Made by a program: the position numbers and the translations under genes. A stretch of 62,807 nucleotides of DNA, counting the filler, from Perkinsus chesapeaki ATCC PRA-425 (lineage: Eukaryota > Protista > Perkinsozoa): assembly GCA_013115145.1 (NCBI GenBank). It is 9 parts of 9 records of this genome, joined end to end, with 100 filler letters (N's around TTAATTAATTAA, not from the genome) between each part and the next. Parts side by side here need not be neighbours in the genome. Positions count along the whole stretch, not along the records: positions 24,517 to 42,668 come from JAAPAO010000673.1; positions 42,769 to 43,930 come from JAAPAO010002138.1; positions 44,031 to 47,286 come from JAAPAO010001440.1; 6 more parts are not named here. One strand, written 5' to 3'. Under the pieces are notes generated by a model. That model searched no databases. It was given only the letters and a program-made list of their open reading frames with translations, and was not told where the DNA came from. Positions 36,552-46,962 of this stretch are shown here, piece after piece (position 1 is the stretch's first letter; each line of letters opens with the position of its first letter).

Positions 36552-39500
36552 ATGTCAAAATGCATTCCTTTGCGGGCTCCACAGTCGGCCGCTCGACCGG
36601 GGAAGGTGAGCTCGTTGGCGACTAAGGCTCGAATAGCCACTCCGGAAGCTCTGTATGATTGGATGAAGAAATGCAAACATTGCAAACTGGTCGGCGGAGG
36701 CTTTCCCGAGTTCGCTGGGAAATCCGGTTTGGTTAGGTCTCCACCGAACTGCCAGAGTTTGGATGCAACATAGTTGATGTGAGTATGTTGAAAAAGAAAT
36801 CTGAGGATAAAACGTAGTACTGGACAGGCCGGCATTAATGGGGCATGGGTGCTTAAGGTACTCGAGGAATAACCTCTTACACTGTCTTTTACGAAGGGGC
36901 TTATCTCTTGCTGTGTGGGATGGTAGTAAACGGAGAAGAATAATGGTAGTAGGTATATTGGAAGGTCTGACCTTACTGGCTCTAAGTAGGCACAGGAGGG
37001 TTGTTCACTGGGGGTTGAGGAGGGGCTGAAGGTGACACTACTGAGGCAAGGGCTGCCTAAGTTCTTTGATATCGATGTGGATGAGGACTTTACAGGTGAT
37101 AAGCAGGCAGGGGGAGGAGGAGTCCACGGGGAAGGGGACGGCCGTAATCAATGGGAATTTTACAGAATATGAATATATCTTCATTATTAAGCTGTAGTTG
37201 TGTAGGCTGGCGACACTGTAACTGCTGTATGGGGCTGTATAGTTCTGTCTCGGGGGATCGAACCTACGCCCTATCGGTTAGAAAGCTGAGCGGTAATTTG
37301 AAATGTAGTTTACCACTATACTAACATTCTGAAGTAGTCACTACTAACACTCGGCGACGGTGAGTCACCGTGGGCACGCAAGAGCCTCACAGATTTGACT
37401 CGTTACGTAGAAACCGCAGCTTTTAGAGTTGGAGGATAAATGATATCTAGAGATGAGTCTCCTAGCATTTGTCACCTTTCTTCGGCTGCCTCTACCAAGG
37501 TTTCGGACTTTGTGAAACTTCGAATTGTGGACTTTTCGACGCGAATTCGAGAAAAGATAGAGCTGTGTGGCGGGAAAAGGGACTGTTAATTTATAGATGA
37601 AAATGTACTATAGATATCCCTTATTATTTTGCTGTAATTTTAGGCTCTGGAGTGCAATCCTGGCTTGGTAAGCGTCTCGTGGAACAATGGCCTAATCGAT
37701 TGTACCTATTGGACAAAGCAAACGGAGAAAACGCTCAGGTAGGGCTAATCCGTATAACCTTAAGTGCTAAAGGTGGGAATATTACGGAATTTTCACAGCT
37801 GTCCCGGAGCCCGTTCAAGTGCCCACTTTTCCGAGTGCACAAGCTCGGAAAAGTCACCCTTCCGAGCTCAGAAGGAAATTGTCTGTTCAAGTGAGAATCT
37901 CAATGACCTCATCATGAGATTTCATAGAACTGTTATCTTCCGTAAAGAGCCTCCTAGCCGGGAGGATCTTTCGAACTCCTTTGTTGAATGCAGCCATTTC
38001 AGTCACTGAAAGATCGGGGAATTAAGGATAAAATTTAAGAAGTTTCTGAACGGGTTGGAATGTTAGTTTTATGTTGCTTGTATAAACAAAGGAAGGCATC
38101 AGTGGTGCTCCGGATTACATCCCCATTTTGCATGAGGGACAATATGCTGGATAGCATCTCCAAGCGACTCGGCAGTGGACTCGGCCGGACAAGGTGTTCT
38201 TTCAGGTGTCCTGGGCCGTAGAGGTGTCTGCCTGGGTTATCTGCTCTAAGAATGTATCTTTAATGGCGAAGGAGGAATCAGATATAGCCAAGTAGCGGCT
38301 GGTCGAACTTCGACCGTCGAAGGCTTCCGTCTCATCGTAGTCAGGTTCGATGAGGACCGGTTCGAGTACGCTCGGTTTGTTGCCCATGTGTGGTTTGAAG
38401 AGCTGCAAAAACTGCAGAAAAAGGGGACAGTTGACACAGTACGCAGAAGACAACTTAGGCTCTATTGCTATACTGGCCTCAGGTGAAGGATGCTCTTTCA
38501 TCTCGCACTCTTGTTGGAGAACTCTGTGGAAGGAGTGGTGTCCAGCACTTGGTGGAGTACGATAAACCTGGAATTAAATGGCAAGCAATTTTCCCACATT
38601 GCGAATTGCAAAATTTTTTCCTCCTTTCAGGTATGCGCTGGTGGACAATGTGTGTGGATGCGAGTCGGCTTGCGTTGATCCAGCTGAAGCTTTGTCGATG
38701 ATCAAAGAATGGGGACTTACGACGATAGAGGAGGTAAGTGAACGGCTGCAGCAGTCTCAATAGCATAGAGAGATGTGCGTCTTCCTTGGGCCCCGGGTGC
38801 ACCTTGGAAGCGATTTTCAAAGTAACCTTGGACTATCGAATTCGGACAGTGCGCAGAGGTGTTGCACATAAAATGTTTTGTCAAGCGTAGGACTCACCAT
38901 CCTAGAAGTTTCATGTTCTTAGTCGCTGAAATGATAAAACTGTAACATTTTTCCGTTTTGGACTCGAACATCGAACACACTGGAGATAGACTAAGTCTCT
39001 GAAATATGCTCTTAGTTCCGCGGGTGGGTACCGTAACCTGTCGCTCTTCTCTCGTTCGCGTTTTGGGGGCTTTTTAAGTCCCTTCCATTGGACTCCTTTG
39101 TTTTCCCGTCAGGTTCGTCCAGCCAAGTTGGTAGAGTTCTCGCCAGGAGACTGGGATGGCCTGAGTAATGAGATCAGCGCCATCAGTCAGTACGAGATGC
39201 AGGACGTTAGAACTCTTGAGCAACTGATTCGCTGCGGGAGGGAAGGTGTGGTGGCTTACTTTGAGCACTGGGTCCCCGACACTGGCGAGGCCACTGTAGT
39301 GGCACTTGGCAAAGCGAAGACAGCACAGTACAAATTGTTGAGGAAAATGAGGGAAACAGCAAAGGCCTTTTCGCGCAAGCCACAGAAAAGTCTCTTGCAA
39401 ACGTATAAACAAACCGCGGAGGCTACGTTAGCGAACAACGATAGAAAGGAGCAGATCTTGGTGCTGTTTCTTGAGCTATTCCGACGAGTTGAATTTGTTG

Positions 39501-41428
39501 TGCGAAACAATAAGGAAGGTTTTCGAGACTTCACTGCGATCGACCAGCGGTTCCCTGAGCTGCTTGCTCTAGCTGCTAAAACGCCAGCTGTGGGAGAAAG
39601 GCAGGCTACCGGCGCGGTTATAGCGGTACTCTCGCCGCCGGGAATGATACCGAAGGAATTGTTCACCGACGACGTCCTGCTGGGACTTGAGAATCTACCG
39701 AATATGTTGGCAGAGGGACGGCATGTCGGACCGTTGAGGAGTGTTTTAGCGTTGAAGTGTATCGATCCTGAGTTGCGGAAGAATATTGAAGTCTTTCAAT
39801 ATGGATGGGACGAAGAGCCGGAAGAGATTTTGAGGCGGTCGTTGAAGAACGGTGAATGCAACGAGCTCGCCGAAGCGGACCGGAGTTTCTATGCGTGTTC
39901 GCTGGAGAAGAAACGTGCGCTGATTACGAAGTGGCACGAGACGCTTGGCAAGGTGGCGGCCGCGGGGGTGCAACAAACGAAGATTACCTCCATCGATGAG
40001 CTGAAGTCGGCAATCAGGGAAACATTCTCGAAGAAAGTGGGGCCGATTCCCGGAGCGGGGAGGGCACAGAGGGTTTTCGTGGTGGCTCCTGTGGGGGTCC
40101 CGGGAAGTGGCAAGACTCGGTTGCTAACTGAGGTATTTAGGAAATTGACGGTGAGCCGGTGTAAGTACCGTCAGGGCATTGTTGAGGAGAAGAATGGCTT
40201 AGACATTGACCCACAAGCGAATATTAGAGATGCTATCTACCTCAGCAGCGACGACTTTGCGGAGGCTGGGAAAGCGAACCAGAGAGTTCAGAATAGAAGG
40301 ATGAAACAAGCCAGCGAGACGTTTGCTCGGGATGTCGTTGGGCAGTCTCCGGAGGGATCAAACCACGTTGTGATCATCGACAAGAATCATGTCCATACAG
40401 GAGATCTCAGAGGCAGCGCTGTGGCCTTCATGCAACCAGATACTCAGGTTAAGGTCATTGGACTGTTTTTGGGTGAGGCTGCAGAGGAGGAAGCAAGTCA
40501 CTGGGACTATCCATGGGGGCCGAGAGCCATGGCGGTTTGCTTGGGAAGAGTTCTAAATAGGAAGGATCATCCGACACTCGGTAGCGACACTAACGATCAG
40601 AGAAGTAAAGCCGCTGTGTTCCTGACATTCTGGAAGATGTTCAAGTCTTACTGGGGGCTACAGGAAAATAAACTTATATCGTCAGTGTTGAAACTTCCTA
40701 TAATTAATAGTGGGAGGTGGATTGAGGACGGCACTGTCCTCGCTGAGGAGGTCCTGGCGAAGACTCCTGGACAGAAGGACCGCAACCGATGGAACTATGA
40801 AGTTGGCGAGGATGATCTAGCGAGGATTGACAGGCTAGTGAAATTGGTTGAGACGGACGAGGAGTCTTTCGTGGAATCCGATAAATGCGTTGACATGGTT
40901 GTGGAAAAGTTGGAGGCCTCGGCTGCGCAGATACATTGGCCGCTTTATGTCGGGGTGTCTGTCTCGGGGTTCAATAGGGAGGTGTTAGTTAAGCATACAA
41001 TGGCATTGTTACATCAGCCAGGGCAGTGGACGATCAGAGAGGAACTTCATGTGACTTTGTTGTTTTTGGCGTGTCGACGACCGGAAGGTGAGAAGCAACA
41101 AGGGGTTGTTGAAGAAGTTACTAAGGGAAGTGACATGATAGTCACAGTACGGCCGAGGAAGGCCTTTGAGGTTCCCGGAAGGATGCTATGCGTTGAGGTG
41201 GAAGTTGACGGCCCGGAATGGCTGGACCACCTACAGCCCCAACCGCACTTGCACGTGACCATGGCATTAGACAGCGGGTGTCCGGCTAAACTAGCGAGGG
41301 AGTTCCTCAGGGGATATTATGAAGGAGGCGAAGAAGTGGACGGGACGAAAGTTAGTGACATAAATACGTATGAATTCCCAGAGATGTTCATTCTACCGAA
41401 TTGCAAGGTTCAAGGTTTCTTTAAGTGA
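36552..41428 (+). CDS. Trl1-like trifunctional tRNA/RNA ligase (adenylyltransferase + P-loop polynucleotide kinase + 2H cyclic phosphodiesterase), multi-exon
   Basis: Ligase: RQGLPKFFD (37044-37070), motif I DKANGENAQ (37712-37738), WVICSKNV, TLVGELCG, EGVV, KAKT. Kinase: GVPGSGKT, DD, IIDKNH, RVLNRKDHPTL. CPD: HVTL..HVTM. The start codon is approximate. Confidence 0.85.
37240..37330 (-). other. Degenerate tRNA-like sequence inside a 548-nt intron (37096-37643)
   Basis: A-box-like TTAGTATAGTGGT and B-box GGTTCGATCC on the minus strand; stems are broken and the spacing is too long. Confidence 0.35.
38301..38322. repeat. 22-bp double-palindrome footprint (perfect) inside a 53-nt intron
   Basis: GGTCGAA-C-TTCGAC-C-GTCGAAG within intron 38292-38344. 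Confidence 0.85.
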
Positions 41429-41473
41429 GTATCTGAAGTGTGTTGTGTTTGGAAAAGGTGGATTTGCTCACTC

Positions 41474-41598
41474 AGTTATGAGCTGCTCATAACTACTGCT
41501 GCAGTAGTTGAGCGGCTCAACTTGAGCCAATCACGCGGAGGTGGGTCTCAACTTGAGACTCCTGAGGTCTTCGACCTCAGTCGCCGACCGACGGTCGG
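41474..41598. repeat. Dense chain of overlapping palindromes and footprints
   Basis: 1-nt-centre palindromes with arms of 10, 9, 8, 7, 7 and 7 bp. Perfect footprint at 41507-41528 and a one-mismatch copy at 41577-41598. Confidence 0.9.
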
Positions 41599-41724
41599 AC
41601 ATGTTCATGCAGAGGAGCGACATGCACGTCATGCAGAAAGATATCATGTCGAGTGCCACTGGCACTGTGCCAGAAGGAACTTCCAAAAGTTTATGCATTC
41701 ACCTAAATATCCATCCTTATTGTA

Positions 41725-42210
41725 TTAGTCCCAGTATCCATGTTCATTGTGGTTGTTGACAACAACAACTTGTTGTTGCAGTGGATGTTTAGACAGATAC
41801 TTTGAGAGTTTTTGTATCTCAATGAACTCAATAATGCACATCTCACCTATCTGCGGCGCGCTGTGCGCTTTCGACGCCAATCGCGCCGATAATTCATCAA
41901 CTCTATCCGAGATCTTTCTGCCCATCGGGTTCTCATTCTCTGGAAAGTACGAGATGCAGCTATGCCTGCCAGGCATTGCCTGGGAGTTTTACTAATTTAG
42001 TAAACTGCTCTAGGCTGAAACGGTACCGGAAGTAGCCGAGTATACATAAACAATGCGATCTACCTGTGGCTCACCTTGTTGAGCCGCCTTTTGCCAGACT
42101 TTGTACCCTCCGATGGGCACGCGTCGTCCTTGCTGGATAGCAGAGATTGCCTCTTCATGTACAAACTTGAAAATGTCCATATCATCTTTATCGATGGATT
42201 GTTCAGCCAT
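41725..42210 (-). CDS. Small hypothetical gene, spliced
   Basis: MAEQSIDKDDMDIFKFVHEEAISAIQQG..AAQQ|ENENPMGRKISDRVDELSARL..; the 3' end is uncertain. Confidence 0.5.
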
Positions 42211-42338
42211 GATAAGATCTTATAAACACAAGGCCTCAAAATTTGAGGCTCAAATTAAAAAGTTAAAGAGCTGATTAACGATGAAGATAACTACACCGTA
42301 TGGTGACTCACCATTGGTGAGAGACTCTCACTGAGAGT
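41962..42338. repeat. Four perfect 22-bp footprints
   Basis: 41962-41983 (intronic), 42234-42255, 42300-42321 and 42317-42338 (the last two overlap). Confidence 0.88.
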
Positions 42339-42530
42339 CGATACCAGTTGTGACTACAATGATATGTAATGATAATGATATGATAATGATAATTATCATA
42401 GCTATGTAACTCTTAGGCTGGTAGCCTAGCCTACCCAGCTTATTATAGGAATAGTAAGAGAGAAAGCTTAGCCTGAGACAAATGCCGCTGTTAAACAGCT
42501 GCTGTTTCATCCCACCAAAGACGTTTTTAG

Positions 42531-42620
42531 ACCCCCCCACAGGGGTGGTTTCCCCCCCCCCCCAAATTCCAAAGGTACCCCTCCACTACGACCACCCCCC
42601 CCACATATTGGATACCCCCC
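42531..42620. repeat. C-run-rich tract (G-rich on the minus strand)
   Basis: Runs of 7, 12, 4, 8 and 6 C within 90 nt at the contig end. Confidence 0.8.
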
Positions 42621-43154
42621 TATAGCCCTGGGTGGTGGGATATGTGTATAACTCTCTATGTGTGCTGANNNNNNNNNNNNNNNNNNNNNNNNNNNNNNNN
42701 NNNNNNNNNNNNTTAATTAATTAANNNNNNNNNNNNNNNNNNNNNNNNNNNNNNNNNNNNNNNNNNNNCTCACTTCAAATCACTGTGACAATCGCTTTTT
42801 GCCTTCAAGGGACCAACTCTCACAAAATATATTACGTTAGAATCGTTTGCAAGTAACCGCCGGTACTTCACCGGCCACTCGAAGCTCGAGTTAGCAAGTT
42901 TATCACGACATGGTTTTATCCGGTACTACACGGCCTATGCAGACTTTAGAAATTCCCATACCTTCGGCTGTCCCAAGCTGTCCGACGGGAGTCCTACGGA
43001 GTAATCAATCCGCTGCAATCTTTGTTTCCAGTCGCACAAAGGAGCTTCGTGAGTGTCGTGGTGGGTCAAAAACCATAACGAAGAACTCGAACTTGGAGTC
43101 TCCAAGTTGAGCATTGCAAGCAGTATGAGGTACGACCCAAGATTCACGGCAGTA

Positions 43155-43227
43155 GCTACAAACTGTAGCCTACAGTACTCTTATACTGGTAGAGTCTACC
43201 AGGTAGACACCTGAGGTGTCACACCTC
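43155..43227. repeat. Three footprints in series
   Basis: 43155-43176 (one mismatch); 43187-43208 and 43206-43227 (perfect, overlapping). Confidence 0.88.
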
Positions 43228-44030
43228 GCATCGTCGGATGCTTTAGCGCATGATACCGACCGAGTCATGTATTAGGATGGGCATCGTATGTCTAGTGGTA
43301 TTATGCCGAAAAAGCGAGTTTTTGAGGATTCTTGCTGATTTCCCGTTTCTCCGTGAATCGTAAGTTTCGGGCATCGCCGGAATTGTGCCGGCAGGTGTCT
43401 GCCTCGAAAATTCCAACAAAATTTCGAAGTCCCGTAATCATGTTCATACCCATTTCATATGTGCTACTAGCACACTTCATCACACGTCAGAGAAGGAGTG
43501 ACGTACCCATGCAAGCTTATTGGGGCACATCTTGCCCTGCGCAAACCTTGCTTCGCGCTACTGGGCATCGATTTGATCGTGCCCTGCGTGCAAACACTTC
43601 GAACTCTTGGGACTTTCATTAAATTAAGAAACACCCACAATATCTTACTGACAACAATTATCTCGAGACTGAATAGCTGCGGCTTTGTACTGGCCTATGT
43701 AGTTCAACAAATGAGGTTGGCGTCCACGAGACAAAGAACGACACAATTGGAAACTAAAGGTTCGATGATAAAAGCTCATCGTAGAACCAACCGAAGCATC
43801 ACCACATTTGATTTCATATTATATGGATATGGATGTAGGCGTGATGTAATCGTATGGGAAATTGAAGTTGGGTCCTATCGGAGGCTTCACGACAACACGA
43901 GCTGTACCTTTCAATAACCAGTTATTCACANNNNNNNNNNNNNNNNNNNNNNNNNNNNNNNNNNNNNNNNNNNNTTAATTAATTAANNNNNNNNNNNNNN
44001 NNNNNNNNNNNNNNNNNNNNNNNNNNNNNN

Positions 44031-44250
44031 ACTCAACGATGGTTAGAGACAACAGCTACACTGTCGCACAAGGGCTAGCTTGGAACACCAACAATTGTGG
44101 GGCGCAGGACGCGCTAAGCATCAATTGTGTATTCTTCCTGTATCGTAAAATAGTCGCGCAAAGTTACAGCAAGTCGTGAGAGATTGAAGAGCTCACAGGA
44201 GCCTCAATTTCAGTGCTGGCCTATTGGTTTGGCTTTGCCAGCTGAGCCAA
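44031..44250. repeat. Direct repeat of 45909-46130 (the upstream flank of the mucin gene); period 1878 nt
   Basis: The first ~95 nt are identical, then identity decays. Confidence 0.9.
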
Positions 44251-45011
44251 TAGGGAATATAGATAATTCAGTTTCTACGAAGATGTTCTTCCCGTACTTC
44301 ATGTGTCACATACTATGTTATTATATGCATTCATCCCGAAACTGCTTTTGACTCATTTGACTGAAGTGTTATATTCGAGCCGACTCGGGAGTAGCTTTTT
44401 TCGTTCAAACGTACAACTTGCTCTTTGCAACATCAATGACGTATTCTTCCTAATACTGTTAGTAGGACCTTTAAGAAAAGTGACTTGCTAAATATTAACT
44501 TCCTATTAGCAGACATTGGGTTATGAATTAGGAGATACAAACGTACAAGCTGGAAGCCACTGCCGTGATTAGTGTCCCACGTTGCCCAGCTATGCAATCA
44601 CCAACAGTCAATATCATGAAAAGTTGTTCAAGCGGCAGAGTACGCTGCTTAGTACAGCACCGACCGGTTCGCAGAAAACGACTGACACACAGTGCGAGAC
44701 ACTGAAACTATTGTTCAGCGAAAACTAGCCCAGTGTTTTAAAAACACTGTTTTTCTGGTCCATCAACAACAAAAACAATGTTGCGCACAGGTTTCCAAGG
44801 ATAATGTGATGATGACAAAGACTTTCTGCAGACCTAGACGTGAGTTTTAAGCACAACTGCACTTTATCGGCGAGCTGAAGAGTCGCCAGTTGCTATAGTT
44901 AGCACGCACTTTTTATAAACACAACGACAAATGGATCAGTTACACAACTCTTAAAATAAAACATTTATTAAAACACTAGAGTCGAGTCAGACTGTCAGAT
45001 AACACCATTTA

Positions 45012-45843
45012 TCAGGCAGTAGTCTCCGGCAAGCTAGTCGGGACAGCAGTAGTCTCAGGCAAGTTCGTAGGGGCAGCAGTAGTCTCAGGCAAGTTCGTAG
45101 GGGCAGCAGTAGTCTCAGGCAAGTTCGTAGGGACAACAGTAGTCTCTGGCAAGTTAGTTGGGACAACAGTAANNNNNNNNNNNNNNNNNNNNNNNNNNNN
45201 NNNNNNNNNNNNNNNNNNNNNNNNNNNNNNNNNNNNNNNNNNNNNNNNNNNNNNNNNNNNNNNNNNNNNNAGTCTCAGGCAAGTTGGTCGGGACAACAGT
45301 AGTCTCAGGCAAGTTGGTCGGGACAACAGTAGTCTCAGGCAAGTTGGTCGGGACAACAGTAGTCTCAGGCAAGTCGGTCGGGGCAACAGTCGCCAATTCA
45401 CAAGCATAGGGCTCACCGACGCATTCCTCATCTGCCGGATTAAAGCAAAGACTACCATCCTCCTTGACGATAATACCAAAGCAAACAGGAGGATCCTGCC
45501 AGGTCTTGCAATAAGTACCCCACTTTGAATCCTTACACTCTGAGATACCTTCACAAACATCCTCACAGGTGGTTATCGGATATTCGGCACACTGGACTGG
45601 TTCAAGAAGAGAAGCATCACAATCGGTAGCATTAGTGCCGGATTGGTAGCAGTTGGAATCACCCTTGTGGTAGAGACCAAAGCAAAGACCGTTGTCCTCA
45701 CAGTATGACTGTTCACAACCATCGGTCTGAATACAAATATCTTCACAGTAGTCACCAGTAGTAGAGGTATCCTCTGAAGCTACACCGCTCCCACCAAATC
45801 CAACGACAGTCTCGACGATGATAGCAGCAATAAGAACGCGCAT
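45012..45843 (-). CDS. Secreted mucin-like protein: signal peptide, two 8-Cys domains and a TTVVPTNLPE repeat tail (spans an N gap)
   Basis: MRVLIAAIIVETVVG signal; CEDIC..C..YC..CFG..C..C..C and CEDVC..C..YC..CFG..CF..C..C; 30-nt repeats run up to the stop codon. Confidence 0.88.
45015..45390. repeat. 30-bp coding minisatellite (10-aa Thr/Pro-rich unit)
   Basis: AGTCTCAGGCAAGTT(G/C)GT(C/A)GGG(A/G)CA(A/G)CAGT units on both sides of the gap. Confidence 0.92.
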
Positions 45844-46962
45844 AGTTACGGAATATGGTTATCAACAACTGAAAGAATATTGAAGCAAAAAGTAAACTTG
45901 ATACCGACACTCAACGATGGTTAGAGACAACAGCTACACTGTCGCACAAGGGCTAGCTTGGAACACCAACAATTGTGGGGCGCAGGACGCGCTAAGCATC
46001 AATTGTTTATTCTACCTGCGTCCCAAGATGGCAGCAAGTCCTATGAGATTATACAGCTCAAAACGTTGAACGTTTTGGTCCGAGCTCCGAGTTGAGTGGT
46101 GGCCTATTAGTTTGGCTTTGCCAGCTGAGCAACGAAACACCTAACGCTCTTTATTCGCACGAAGTCCGCTAAGATGGGGACTATAGATTATTCGGCTTCT
46201 TCTTCATTCGCTTACACTTGAATGTGACTATGCATTTATTATTTGCTGTTTTTTAACTAAAGTACCATAGCGGAGCCACACTTGGGAGTAGTTCTCTTCG
46301 CCCTAACCCAGGACTTGCTCTTTGAAATCTTAATAGCGTAGTAGAGGCTTCCATCACAATGTAAGTCGCTAATATCAACTTGCCATTAGCCGACGCTGGG
46401 TGATAAGTTGGAAGATACATTGATCGATGTGCGCAGCCGAAGCTAGCCGAAAACTGCATCGACGCGCATTCACTGATTCGTCTGTTTCGAGTACCAATCT
46501 TGAGCTTGGCGAGTCGTGATTTCGAACCCTTTGAAACGTATGTTCCGTGAATATAGACCTTCGCGCTGGTTAAGGGTTCCAAATAGTCTCATGGATGTTA
46601 GTGAAAGGAGTACACATATAAGAAGGTTCCAGCGGCGCCATCCCTTTCCTATAAGAAGCCGATGGTCACAAACCAACTGCTGTCCAGATTGTCTATTCCT
46701 CGATATCTGCTCTGTGTTGGCCTCGATAAACTACCAAAACCATGTATTCGTATCCGTTTAGCACTGTAGTCGTTCGGTAGCGATTGAAGCAACCCTTTTT
46801 GACAAATCAACACAACACATTAAAGTCTCTTTTGGCTAAACAACATAAAGTACAAATCTTCCAGTGCATCCATACCTACAGCCGATACCGATGGGCATGA
46901 CTGATTAGAGAAAAAGGCATAATGTCTGATAGAATTCAAGGACACCCGGTGACCAACACCCT

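Noticed and set aside
36539-36835. Minus-strand ORFs at 36539-36835, 38202-38501 and 38479-38820
   Set aside because: They are antisense shadows of ligase exons that carry conserved motifs on the plus strand.
41519-41530. TTGGCTCAAG on the minus strand matching the 3' end of the dinoflagellate/perkinsid spliced leader
   Set aside because: Only 10 nt match, the upstream CCGTAGCCAT part is absent, and the bases are explained by the footprint at 41507-41528.
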